Notes under the pieces: generated by a model
Database searches by the model: none
The model's input: only the letters and a program-made list of their open reading frames with translations
What the model was told of the DNA's origin: nothing
Assembly (NCBI GenBank): GCA_964387275.1
Contig: CAYLVW010000002.1
Span: 127,286-191,285, forward strand
Reading direction: 5' to 3'
Source: an uncultured Candidatus Saccharibacteria bacterium
GTDB taxonomy: Bacteria; Patescibacteriota; WWE3; UBA101185; UBA10185
Length of the DNA stretch: 64,000 bases
Shown here: piece after piece, positions 18,559 to 27,998 of the stretch
How the letters are laid out: each line of letters starts with the position of its first letter
How positions within the stretch are numbered: the first letter of the stretch is position 1
Position numbers and translations under genes: made by a program

Positions 18559-20099
18559 CGTGTTTTTGGTGTGTGATACAGGTCTTTCATCTTTTTTCCG
18601 AAAATCATTCTGGTTTGCGCTTCAATAAATGGGAAAAATGAAAATGTAAGCATATTAACTATAACCATAGGCCCTTCTGCTGCTCTTAGAAACTTTTGTA
18701 AGAAGTTCCATTCTTTTGGCATAGGTGAAGCGAGTTTTAACCTAAAATATGTTGTTGGTAAAAAGAAAATTAAATTAAAAGTAAGCAATGTACTCATGAT
18801 TTTTGGAAGGCTATAAGCGAAATTAGTTTGTTTTACATACGGATTAACTAGGGTGACTATACTGAATCCAAAAGTTATTAGGTACACCATGTTTAGAAGA
18901 AGAACACGTTTTTCAAAATGTTTTAATAACCAGTTGACTTTTGAGGATAGTTTTACATTTGTATTTACCAAGAAACCTTTTACTGAAAGTGGGAAATCTA
19001 TAGCTCCCCAACCCCATCTTAATAATTGTTTGTACAAACTTACGTAAGAGTTTATGTAATTTTTACCTTCTACTGCGTCTGCAGAATAGGGTATAAAATG
19101 TGGAACTCCTTCAAAATCTCCATTTCTAGTAAAAAATGCTCTCCAGTAAAACATCGTGTCATCTACACCCAAACTCACGTCCCAAAAATCAGCATCTATT
19201 AATGTTTGCAGTGATACTGCATAGGAAGAGAATGTGTCCATGGTGGATCGTTTTGATACAGTCCACGCAGATAGGGTACCTAGAGATACTGAGTCAGCCT
19301 CTATTCTCATAACCAAAGGAACTCTCCATCGGTTGTTATTAAATAAATGCACGGCGGTTGTATAAAATTTGTTGTCCCTCTTATCACTGGATAAGTATAA
19401 GTGAGTGAGTCTTGCATAGTATTGCTTATCTAGAACATGATCAGAATCTATAGTACTCATTATGTAGTTTCTAATATTCCTACCTTTAGAGATCATTTCT
19501 TCTACAGCATGTTTGGCTCCCCACGCTCTATTTGCTGCTCCCGCTCCTATTGCTTCACCTGGTATTCCTGCAGGATGGGCATATATTAAAACATCCTCAA
19601 ACTCATAATTATATTCACCTAATATTCTATTAATAGTTTCTTTAGTTTTTTCTGCAAACCTTTCTTCTATTGTATATATCAGCGTCATTTGTTTAGTTGG
19701 GAAGGTTTGATTTATTACGCTTGATAAAGAATCTTTAAGTACCTCATAAGGCTCATTAACAGCTGGTATTAGTATAAAATGTCTGACTTCTGAAAGGGAT
19801 GAAGGTAAAGTTTTTTTATCTGGTAAATCTTGGAAATTTAATTTTTGGCACTCCTCAAGCCAATTCATGGACATCTCTTCCTTATGTTTTTTATAACCAA
19901 TAAACATTCCGTAGCTGTGTTTTACACCCAGAAAGATCCAATAAACAGTTAAGAATGTAAGGATATATACAATAACCTGCGGTGCCAGTAATCCTAACCA
20001 GATAGGTGATAGTAATAATAACCAGGTAGCAACTCCTGGGATGGATTCTAAAATTCTATGGACTTTTTTGTCGTTTTTTAAAACATATTCTCTAAACAT
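18555..20099 (-). CDS. Family 2 glycosyltransferase (membrane-bound, processive-like)
   Basis: IPAVNE, DSD, DD and QLLRW motifs; flanking TM segments. Confidence 0.85.
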   Translation of the reverse strand: MFREYVLKNDKKVHRILESIPGVATWLLLLSPIWLGLLAPQVIVYILTFLTVYWIFLGVKHSYGMFIGYKKHKEEMSMNWLEECQKLNFQDLPDKKTLPSSLSEVRHFILIPAVNEPYEVLKDSLSSVINQTFPTKQMTLIYTIEERFAEKTKETINRILGEYNYEFEDVLIYAHPAGIPGEAIGAGAANRAWGAKHAVEEMISKGRNIRNYIMSTIDSDHVLDKQYYARLTHLYLSSDKRDNKFYTTAVHLFNNNRWRVPLVMRIEADSVSLGTLSAWTVSKRSTMDTFSSYAVSLQTLIDADFWDVSLGVDDTMFYWRAFFTRNGDFEGVPHFIPYSADAVEGKNYINSYVSLYKQLLRWGWGAIDFPLSVKGFLVNTNVKLSSKVNWLLKHFEKRVLLLNMVYLITFGFSIVTLVNPYVKQTNFAYSLPKIMSTLLTFNLIFFLPTTYFRLKLASPMPKEWNFLQKFLRAAEGPMVIVNMLTFSFFPFIEAQTRMIFGKKMKDLYHTPKTR

Positions 20100-20105
20100 A
20101 TCTAA

Positions 20106-20894
20106 TTAGGGTAGGTTGAAAAAGCAGACGGTGTTTTCGTACGTTTTTTGACATACATATTCAATCGGTTGATTTATTGTTTCGGCAACCTTTTGTGCCA
20201 CAATTTTAACATACTTAGGTTCATTAATCTCTTTTCTGAAGGGGTTTGGGGTAAGGTATGGGGAATCTGTTTCCAGCATTATTTTATCTAAAGGAATCAT
20301 CTTTATTACCTCCAACAGATGGGATTTAGTTTGATAAGTTATCATACCTGTAAACGATAGATAAGTTCCAAGTTTGATAAACCTTTCTGCTATTTCTTGT
20401 TCTGAAGAAAAGCAGTGGACAACAGCTTTAAGGCTTCTGTCAACCAGTCTATCTCTATACGCTTCTAATATTTTTAGTATTACTTCATCTCCACCTCGGT
20501 TGTGGATAATTAAAGGCAGTTTATTGTATATTGCCAATTCTATTTGCATTTTGAAAAGTTCCACTTGTCTCTGAAGAGGAGTATTATCATAATTTTCTTG
20601 TATATCTATTCCACACTCTCCAATTGCTATTGGGCGTGGCTGTGAATTTATTAAGTTTTGTAACTTTTCTTTTAATATTTCTATGCTGAAATGCCTTTCT
20701 TCTTGTGGGTAAATACCCACAGTATGAAGCGCTTCTTTATAAATTGAGTTTAGTAGCTTCGCCTCTTCTGAATCTTTTAAGCTTGTTCCAACATTTACTA
20801 CTTTTTCTATGCCTTCTAATTTAGCGCGTTCTAATGTAAGTTCAGCTTCTCTGAGATTTGTTGGTAAATGACAATGAGAATCAATCAATTTCAT
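20106..20894 (-). CDS. tatD: TatD-family DNase
   Basis: DSHCH, AIGECG, IIHNR, VHCFS, ETDSPYL, NEP. Confidence 0.95.
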   Translation of the reverse strand: MKLIDSHCHLPTNLREAELTLERAKLEGIEKVVNVGTSLKDSEEAKLLNSIYKEALHTVGIYPQEERHFSIEILKEKLQNLINSQPRPIAIGECGIDIQENYDNTPLQRQVELFKMQIELAIYNKLPLIIHNRGGDEVILKILEAYRDRLVDRSLKAVVHCFSSEQEIAERFIKLGTYLSFTGMITYQTKSHLLEVIKMIPLDKIMLETDSPYLTPNPFRKEINEPKYVKIVAQKVAETINQPIEYVCQKTYENTVCFFNLP

Positions 20895-20963
20895 TACGCA
20901 ATATTAAAATTTTTTAACTGTATTTCCAATAACAAGGTAATTTTTTGCTAAAATGAATATAGC

Positions 20964-21554
20964 ATGAATATTAAAACTACCATTCCTCCCTTTATCTTAA
21001 TACTTGTCTCTTTACTTACGGGGTTAACCATTGGTTTTGGTATATTTTTTTATCTCATACTTAAACAACCGCAGGTTTTTCAGATGAATAAACAGCAACC
21101 CGGTTCCAGCACAAAGGATTTGTCCACTCAAATAATTGCTCTGGAGGCAGAGGTATTAAGACTAAAAGCACTTACTTCTGAAGAACCCTCTAGTAACGCT
21201 ACTGCAGACGACTCAACACATCTTTTAAGAAAGCCTTTGGTTATTTTTAAACCAGCTAACTCTTTTTCTTCTTCTGAGAAAGAAGTATTAGTTGAGCGTT
21301 TAATCAATCCTTATTTTGATTTTAATAATGAAGAGGAGATGAATTTTTTGGTTATGGTTGTGAGCAAAAATACACCACCTGTTAGTGGTTACTATTACAC
21401 TATTAACACCCAAACTGCTAGTGGTGCTACCGCGGAATTTTTATATAGTGCTTCCAATACAAACCAGGATTGGTGGTTACCTGAATGTTCTCAGGCGTGT
21501 AGTTTCACCGACTCTTTTAAAGCTAAATATCCTAATATAGTTTCACAATATTAA
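20964..21554 (+). CDS. Hypothetical single-TM protein
   Basis: N-terminal TM, short coiled coil, C-terminal WWLPEC..AC.F...F..KYP. Confidence 0.8.
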   Translation: MNIKTTIPPFILILVSLLTGLTIGFGIFFYLILKQPQVFQMNKQQPGSSTKDLSTQIIALEAEVLRLKALTSEEPSSNATADDSTHLLRKPLVIFKPANSFSSSEKEVLVERLINPYFDFNNEEEMNFLVMVVSKNTPPVSGYYYTINTQTASGATAEFLYSASNTNQDWWLPECSQACSFTDSFKAKYPNIVSQY

Positions 21555-22783
21555 TGAAATATAACAAAAACTACACATTTAATAATTTAACTGCCACAGA
21601 AGAGGATAATTTAACCCTTCTTAATGATTACGCACTTTCTTTAAAAGAAGATCCAGAAAAGTATTTAAATGAGCTAGCAATTTTATCCACTTTTACCTCG
21701 ATATTACAAAAAGACATAACAGTTTTAATAAAAAAAACCAAAGAAATTTCTTATAAAAACGTGATTTTAGTGGGAATTGGTGGCTCCAGTATGGGGGTTA
21801 AGGCAGTGTGGGATTTTCTTGGGAAGAATTCTACAAAAAAATTAACTGTATTAGATACTGTAAACACAGATTTACTTACTAGTTTGAAAGATTCCAAAGA
21901 ATTTACTCCAGAGAATGCTGTTGTTATTTTTGTTTCTAAATCTGGCACTACACTTGAATCTATAGTGAATTTAGAGATATTAAATCAATATGGTTACCTA
22001 ACACAAGATAGGTTTTTTGCAGTAGTATCAGAAAACTCAGATATTAAAGACTCCTTAACAGAAGTTTCAAAAAATATATACTACATATCAGAATACTTAA
22101 GTGGAAGATACTCTATTTTTAGTTGGGTAGGTATACTCCCTCTTACCTTACTTGGTATTGATACTAAGGACTTTTTGCAATCAGCTGAAGAAACATTAAA
22201 AAGTTTCTACAGAGACATTAAATCTTCTGAGGCAATAGAGACATCAGTGATGCTTCACAGGTTTTTTCTTGAACAAAGATATATTTACAACAATTTTTCA
22301 CTAGACCCTACCTTAAATAGTTTAATGTTTTGGTATAGGCAACTTTATAGCGAGAGTGTGGGAAAAGATGCGAATAGATATCAGTCTTATTTTATGCCTA
22401 ATATAGCAACTGCAGACTACCACTCTGTTTTACAAATGTATTTTGCAAGTCCAAAGAATCAAATATTTAGTTTTCTTTCTACACCAATAAATACAGAACC
22501 TATAAAAATTACAGACCCTAGGTTTTACTCCAACCTAGATACGCAAACCACTTCTTTTATATATGAAACTCTAAATATCAGTGTGGCAAAAACGGCAGAT
22601 GAATTAAGTATTCCTTGTATAGATATTTCTATTAATAAGACTGAACGCGACCTAGCACATTTTTTAGTGACAAAAATTTTAGAAGTAATGTTTCTTTGTA
22701 GATTGCTTGGGGTAAATGCCTTTAATCAACCAAACATAGAATCATATAAGAAGAATGCTAAAAACATTATTGAAAGTAATTAA
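21554..22783 (+). CDS. pgi: Glucose-6-phosphate isomerase
   Basis: GIGGS, SKSGTTLE, GRYS, QLYSESVGK, DYHS, NAFNQP. Confidence 0.92.
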   Translation: MKYNKNYTFNNLTATEEDNLTLLNDYALSLKEDPEKYLNELAILSTFTSILQKDITVLIKKTKEISYKNVILVGIGGSSMGVKAVWDFLGKNSTKKLTVLDTVNTDLLTSLKDSKEFTPENAVVIFVSKSGTTLESIVNLEILNQYGYLTQDRFFAVVSENSDIKDSLTEVSKNIYYISEYLSGRYSIFSWVGILPLTLLGIDTKDFLQSAEETLKSFYRDIKSSEAIETSVMLHRFFLEQRYIYNNFSLDPTLNSLMFWYRQLYSESVGKDANRYQSYFMPNIATADYHSVLQMYFASPKNQIFSFLSTPINTEPIKITDPRFYSNLDTQTTSFIYETLNISVAKTADELSIPCIDISINKTERDLAHFLVTKILEVMFLCRLLGVNAFNQPNIESYKKNAKNIIESN

Positions 22784-24395
22784 TTTATTTTTTCCCGAGG
22801 GAGACAGAGCTACCCCGTTACTTGATCTTACTTCTTTTGAGCACTCAAGAAGTTTTAAACATTTTATTAAGACTCACTACAAAGATCTTTTAATATTATT
22901 TATCCTATTTTTTGTTGGATTAGTTTTTAGGTTTTACTACATAAATTTTGGATTGCCTCATAGCTTTCATGCTGACGAGCCTGAGATAGTTGAGCCTGCT
23001 ATAAAATACACATTTGAATTAAAAAATATTGTTCAAAATAGTGATTACTACAAATTTATTCCTGTTTCTTTTGTTTATGGAACATTTCCTACATATGTAA
23101 ATACTATGTTGGTTATGTTGTATTCAAAATCTGCAAATTTACTTGGATTAGCTTTTGATAAATCCACTCTTTATGTTTTATCCAGGGGTTTTGTTGCCTT
23201 GACAAACGCTTCTTTAATTTTTCTTACCTATTTTTTATATGTAAGAGTTACTAAGGTGTATAAGGGGGCGTTACTTGCAGCGCTATTATTTGCCCTAAAT
23301 TGGAACCAGATTGTACTATCTCACTACGTTAATCAAGATGCTTATACTGTTTTTCTCCAACTACTTGCTCTGTATTTTGGGTATAGATTATTTGACTCTA
23401 AAATTAAGACCTTAACGGTGGTAATTTTAGGTGTGTTAGTGGGGTTTTTAATAGGAACTAAAATAACAACAGTTATAGTTCTACCTCTATTTTTATTGCC
23501 TTTTATTGCCAAGAAAGATATTAGATCTCTAGTTGCATTTTTATTTATAGTCTTTGGATCCTTTTGCTTAAGCAACCCTTTTTCCATAATATTTTTTCAA
23601 GATTTTATGTTAAGAATTGTTGAAATGTTTACCAAGGAAGCTGGTGTAGTTATTGATAGTTATGATCCTACAATATTTAAGTACTTTTTAAGTTTGGAAA
23701 ATTTAATAACAAGCTTTTTATTAATACTAAGTCTATTAGGCATGGTGCACTTTGGTTTTAGGAACGAAACGACAGGATACAAAAAAATTTACCTACTTGG
23801 TTTTATAGTAATCTATGTAGTGTTTTTTTCTATCTCATCCAGAAGAATTGATAGATGGGTTGCGCCTATAGTTCCACTATTACTAATTTTTTCTTCATAT
23901 TATTTAGCACATCTTTCTAAAAAAATTGGGTTATTTTTGGTACTTGTATCAATTTCTGTTTACTTGTACAAACCTGCTTTGTTGCTGTATCAATACCAAA
24001 GATTTACTCCAAAGTCAGAGGCTTATCTTTGGTTGCAAAAAAATACCAACGCGGTGGATAGAAAATTCGTATTGACTGAGGAGGGATTAGACCCTATAAA
24101 TAAGCTACCAAACTCTTCCTCTTTGGTGTTTAATCAGTATGAAAGTGAGGGGGCTTTTTTGACTTTCCCCCCAAACCCTTATTTATACGACTATATTATC
24201 CTTTCATCAAAATCACTGGATTCTTATAAGAAAGATTTTATACAGAAAGAGCACCCATATTATTTTGAAAAGTGGGAACGTTTTGAATCTTTGGTAACTA
24301 CAAGTAAGGATTTTGAAAATGTTTATGAGAAATCTATCTCAAAACCAAATTTGATAAATGTGTCTGATGTTTACGTGTACAAAAGAGTTAGATAG
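22755..24395 (+). CDS. GT-C (ArnT/PMT-like) membrane glycosyltransferase
   Basis: HADE first-loop motif, YGTFP, many TM segments. Confidence 0.8.
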   Translation: MLKTLLKVINLFFPEGDRATPLLDLTSFEHSRSFKHFIKTHYKDLLILFILFFVGLVFRFYYINFGLPHSFHADEPEIVEPAIKYTFELKNIVQNSDYYKFIPVSFVYGTFPTYVNTMLVMLYSKSANLLGLAFDKSTLYVLSRGFVALTNASLIFLTYFLYVRVTKVYKGALLAALLFALNWNQIVLSHYVNQDAYTVFLQLLALYFGYRLFDSKIKTLTVVILGVLVGFLIGTKITTVIVLPLFLLPFIAKKDIRSLVAFLFIVFGSFCLSNPFSIIFFQDFMLRIVEMFTKEAGVVIDSYDPTIFKYFLSLENLITSFLLILSLLGMVHFGFRNETTGYKKIYLLGFIVIYVVFFSISSRRIDRWVAPIVPLLLIFSSYYLAHLSKKIGLFLVLVSISVYLYKPALLLYQYQRFTPKSEAYLWLQKNTNAVDRKFVLTEEGLDPINKLPNSSSLVFNQYESEGAFLTFPPNPYLYDYIILSSKSLDSYKKDFIQKEHPYYFEKWERFESLVTTSKDFENVYEKSISKPNLINVSDVYVYKRVR

Positions 24396-24398
24396 TTT

Positions 24399-24427
24399 TT
24401 GACTCCCCTCCAAGCCTTTGATAACCT
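24399..24427 (+). promoter_or_regulatory. Sigma70 promoter (leaderless transcript)
   Basis: TTGACT-17-TAACCT with extended TG; ATG follows 6 nt after the -10. Confidence 0.6.
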
Positions 24428-24433
24428 ATTTGT

Positions 24434-24607
24434 ATGGAAATACTTTGGATAGTTGCATTTTTATACTTGCTTGTAGGGATTGTTTACGCTTTTTATATTC
24501 TATTTTTTGGGTATGATCGGTGGTATTGGTTTCCTGTTAATGTCCTGGGGGGTCCTATCGTTTTAATTTATTTGGTTTTACTAAGAAAACAAACTTACAG
24601 AAGATGA
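24434..24607 (+). CDS. Small membrane protein (57 aa), missing from the ORF track
   Basis: MEILWIVAFLYLLVGIVYAF...; has its own promoter and an ATGA overlap with the HAD gene. Confidence 0.7.
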   Translation: MEILWIVAFLYLLVGIVYAFYILFFGYDRWYWFPVNVLGGPIVLIYLVLLRKQTYRR

Positions 24608-25335
24608 TAACACTAAGGAAACATCTTGAAGGTAAGAAGTTGGTAATTTTTGACTTAGATGGAACTATAATCAATACACATTCTCTAGTACTGGATGCAT
24701 TAAACGCGACGTTATTAAACTTACATGCCTACCCAATTGATTCGATGCCAGAGGGTATCTATATGCAGGATTTAATTACTTCTACCCTAGCAGTACAGGG
24801 AATAAAAACAAAAATTAAACCCAAAGAATTATCCTCACAAGTATTTACTAAATATCTTGAAATACTGGATACCACTAATTTAGAAGTAAAAGCAGGGTTT
24901 TGGGAAGCAGTGTTTCTTTTTAAAGAGCAGTTTAAATTACCAATTGCTTTATGCTCTAATACAGAGAGGGCTGCAGTATCAAAGCTGCTAAATAAGTTAA
25001 ATATTAAGAATACCTTTGATCTTGTTTTATGTGGTGACGACGTTCCAAGACCAAAACCCAGTCCCGATATTTATAAAAAGGTTTTAAACCACTTTAAGAT
25101 TCCAGCCCACAAAGCTCTGGCGTTTGAAGATTCTCCAAGTGGCGCAGCATCTTCAGTTGGTGCTGGTATCGAGACTTTTGTTATTTGGGATTCTATTACA
25201 AACAAAAATGAGTTTCCTCAAGAAGTGGAATATTTTTACCCCGACTTTACACTTTTTAAATCCCGTCTGGACTTTGATATAGATAAAGACTTGAAATATT
25301 TTAAAGAGAGATTTGGATCCCGAGTAGGGCTTTAA
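24604..25335 (+). CDS. HAD-superfamily phosphatase
   Basis: FDLDGT, CSN, KPSPDIY, FEDS. Confidence 0.93.
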   Translation: MITLRKHLEGKKLVIFDLDGTIINTHSLVLDALNATLLNLHAYPIDSMPEGIYMQDLITSTLAVQGIKTKIKPKELSSQVFTKYLEILDTTNLEVKAGFWEAVFLFKEQFKLPIALCSNTERAAVSKLLNKLNIKNTFDLVLCGDDVPRPKPSPDIYKKVLNHFKIPAHKALAFEDSPSGAASSVGAGIETFVIWDSITNKNEFPQEVEYFYPDFTLFKSRLDFDIDKDLKYFKERFGSRVGL

Positions 25336-25358
25336 TTGCCCTACAGTGCATCTCGAAT

Positions 25359-25610
25359 TTAATCAGCAAATTTGAACACCACTTCTTCCACAAAGAAGAA
25401 TACATAACCCTTTTTTGACCAGTTAATCATGCCCCAAAGTTTGTCTACATATCCTTGAACAACAAGTTCTACTGTGCCGTCTGACTTTTGGGTAAAACCA
25501 TGCGTTTTAAGTCCTAGTGATTTTGCTTTTGCAAAAGCAAACACTTTATATAAGTGATTTTTTATTTTACCTTTGATGTTTATATGTACTTTTTTCTGTT
25601 TGTTAGTCAT
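25359..25610 (-). CDS. Acylphosphatase-like protein (degenerate active-site loop)
   Basis: A..LGL..G...DGTVELVVQG pattern and size; canonical VQGV.FR is missing. Confidence 0.65.
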   Translation of the reverse strand: MTNKQKKVHINIKGKIKNHLYKVFAFAKAKSLGLKTHGFTQKSDGTVELVVQGYVDKLWGMINWSKKGYVFFFVEEVVFKFAD

Positions 25611-25743
25611 GAGTACTCACCACCTAACTTAAACGTTCCTTTTCTTGGGGAACCCATAATCTTAACCTAATAATGTCCAAGTGTCAATACTATAAGATGT
25701 AAGGCTCTTGTGTGGGATAAATCTAACAATGTATATTTATAAT

Positions 25744-25962
25744 ATGAATACAACACAACCTAATACCCATATAACTTTTGAGTGCCCTAATTGTGGGCCT
25801 ATTTCCAGAGATGATGTGATTTTTTTGTGTAATACCTGCAATCAAGAAGATGTTGTATATAAAGATGGAGTTTATATGTGCCCCGCATGTTTCACAAAAG
25901 GTGAGAATTTCCAATGTATGGTTTGTGATTCAAAGCAAGTAGTTCTAAAAAAGACAAAATAA
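25744..25962 (+). CDS. Small Cys-rich zinc-ribbon protein
   Basis: Four CxxC motifs (CPNC, CNTC, CPAC, CMVC). Confidence 0.75.
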   Translation: MNTTQPNTHITFECPNCGPISRDDVIFLCNTCNQEDVVYKDGVYMCPACFTKGENFQCMVCDSKQVVLKKTK

Positions 25963-25984
25963 ACGCACAATCCGCCTTTCTAAT

Positions 25985-26012
25985 AAACCCAGACAGCCTA
26001 GTCTGGGTTTTT
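25985..26012 (+). terminator. Intrinsic terminator
   Basis: AAACCCAGAC-agccta-GTCTGGGTTTTT. Confidence 0.8.
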
Positions 26013-26119
26013 GTGTGCGCCCCGGGTACTATAACTACAGGTTAGTTGTATATCAACACTATAAGTCTATCTTACAAATAATGTTGATGTGACAACAAAA
26101 AAGACTCTGTGGATAACTT

Positions 26120-26794
26120 ATGGAAATCTTGCTAAATTTATTATTACCCCAAAAATGTGTTGTTTGTGGTTCTATCAGCGACTCCATTTGTACAGAGTGT
26201 TTGTTGAAAACCAAACCCTTAGAAGGGGTTATTTATTACGATTTAGAAACTAACAAATTTATAGATAAGAAAAACACAAAAGAAAATATGCTTATAAATT
26301 TTATGTTTAATTACTCTGATGTTGTGAGAGATGTGATTTTAAAATCTAAGTATTCTCCAAAAAGCTTTAATGCTTTAAAAAAATTACTTTGTTACTACTA
26401 CAAAACACACAATTATTTACTTAATGACTGTATATTAGTACCCGTTCCTTTGAGTTCTCCTAAATATAGGGAAAGGGGTTTTAATCAATCTCTACTTATC
26501 GCTAATTATTTAAAAAACCTATATAGGGGTATTTCAGTATCAGATATTTTAGTGAGGGGAAGGGACACTACGGCTCAATTTAAAAATAGTAGGAATGAGC
26601 GTTTTAAGAATATTAGGGGTTCTATCAAAGTTTCAAAACATATTCCACCAAGTATGAAGACTTGCAAAGTTTGTATAGTAGATGATATCTGTACAACAGG
26701 ATCTACATTATCTGAGTGTTACAAAATACTTCAAAAAGTGGGATTTAGCCAGATCTTTTGTGTCTGTGTTTGTAGGTCTGTAGAGAGATTTTAA
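26120..26794 (+). CDS. comF: ComF-family competence protein (phosphoribosyltransferase fold)
   Basis: N-terminal CxxC..CxxC, VPVPL, ERGFNQS, IVDDICTTGSTL. Confidence 0.92.
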   Translation: MEILLNLLLPQKCVVCGSISDSICTECLLKTKPLEGVIYYDLETNKFIDKKNTKENMLINFMFNYSDVVRDVILKSKYSPKSFNALKKLLCYYYKTHNYLLNDCILVPVPLSSPKYRERGFNQSLLIANYLKNLYRGISVSDILVRGRDTTAQFKNSRNERFKNIRGSIKVSKHIPPSMKTCKVCIVDDICTTGSTLSECYKILQKVGFSQIFCVCVCRSVERF

Positions 26795-27017
26795 AAAATC
26801 CCCCACAAAACCTATGCGCTATGCCTGCTCTCGTTGTCAGCACATAACTTGGTTCTGTGGGGGCAATGTCACTAATCTGCTTGGATTGTGCAACGCAATT
26901 TTTGCAGAAATACAGTGACAAGGTTTCGTCGAACGCCTCCCCATATTTAACTAACCCTTGTTGCCAGGGCAACCGCCTGTAACGTGCAGCGATTTTTGGG
27001 CGAGGGATCCTCAACTT
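26795..27017 (-). ncRNA. Putative structured non-coding RNA (~220 nt), family not recognised
   Basis: TTGACA-17-TATACT promoter, GC content above the genome background, several hairpins, terminal stem plus U-tract, and no downstream gene on that strand. Confidence 0.65.
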
Positions 27018-27023
27018 GAAAAC

Positions 27024-27052
27024 CAGTATACATAACTATAGGTCATTTGTCA
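27024..27052 (-). promoter_or_regulatory. Near-consensus sigma70 promoter of the putative ncRNA
   Basis: TTGACA aatgacctatagttatg TATACT. Confidence 0.75.
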
Positions 27053-27082
27053 AGCTTAGTAGTCACCAATATACTTAAAGAA

Positions 27083-27961
27083 ATGCGTAAAGAATCTTCT
27101 TATATACATCACAAAAATTCTGATATTACAAAACTTGAGATAATTGCTACAGAGCTTAGAGAAATGGTAATTGAGATGTTAGTTGAAGCAAAATCTGGTC
27201 ACTCAGCCGGATCATTGGGTGCAGCAGATATTATTACATCACTATTTTTTAATATTTTGGATATAGACTCAAAGGATCCAAAATTTGAGAAGAGAGACAG
27301 ATTTTTACTTTCTAATGGACATGTGTGCCCAATTTATTATGCTGCATTAGCAAAAAGAGGATTTTTTGATAAAAGTCTTTTAAAAACTTTTAGAAAAGTA
27401 GACTCAACTCTGCAAGGACATCCTCATTTTGGAAGTATCGCCGGTATTGAGAATACTAGTGGTCCTTTGGGACAGGGTTTATCTCAGGCTGTGGGCTTGG
27501 CTTTAGCACTTTCTATGGATACTAATAGTTCTAGAGTGTATTGTTTGGGAAGTGATGGGGAGTTGCAAGAAGGGCAGACTTGGGAGGCTGCAATGTTTGC
27601 AGCAAATAACCATTTGACTAACCTTACCTGGGTAATTGATAGAAATGGTATACAAATCAGTGGTAACACCGAAAATATAAATGGAATAGAGCCTCTTAGG
27701 AATAAGTTAGAGGCATTCGGGTGGTATGTTATAGAGGTTGATGGCCATAACATCGAAGAGTTGATTAACGCTTTTAATTTGGCAAAAACTATCACACAAA
27801 GGCCGACTGTTTTGATTGCTCATACCATACCTGGTAAGGGTGTAAGTTTTATGGAGGGTAAATACCAGTGGCATGGTAAGGTTCCAAATACGGATGAGGG
27901 AAAGGCTGCTTTGAAAAGCTTACGGACTTTGGAAGGACGTCTAGAAGTTACTGAGTACTAG
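27083..27961 (+). CDS. Transketolase, N-terminal subunit
   Basis: SGH, DRFLLSNGH, LQGHP, SGPLGQG, DGELQEG, VDGH, GKG, WHG. Confidence 0.95.
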   Translation: MRKESSYIHHKNSDITKLEIIATELREMVIEMLVEAKSGHSAGSLGAADIITSLFFNILDIDSKDPKFEKRDRFLLSNGHVCPIYYAALAKRGFFDKSLLKTFRKVDSTLQGHPHFGSIAGIENTSGPLGQGLSQAVGLALALSMDTNSSRVYCLGSDGELQEGQTWEAAMFAANNHLTNLTWVIDRNGIQISGNTENINGIEPLRNKLEAFGWYVIEVDGHNIEELINAFNLAKTITQRPTVLIAHTIPGKGVSFMEGKYQWHGKVPNTDEGKAALKSLRTLEGRLEVTEY

Positions 27962-27998
27962 TATTGATATTTTGATTGTTTTTTAGGAGAATAAGGTC

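Noticed and set aside
20501-20509. Perfect DnaA box in tatD
   Set aside because: Explained by the conserved IIH codons.
25607-25657. 16-codon uORF before the acylphosphatase-like gene
   Set aside because: Its ATG lies 1 nt after the predicted -10 (TTGACA-17-TAAGAT), so it is upstream of the likely TSS.
26745-27014. 89-aa ORF over the putative ncRNA
   Set aside because: TTG start with no SD; it runs through the terminal hairpin into comF antisense and has no protein-like motif.
26795-27017. Identification as RNase P RNA, tmRNA, SRP RNA or raiA-motif RNA
   Set aside because: ACAGAACCAAGTTAT resembles the RNase P 3' conserved region, but GAGGAAAGTCC is absent and the spacing is too short. There is no pairing T-arm or CCA end, no SRP domain IV motif, and no visible match to raiA despite the comF neighbourhood.
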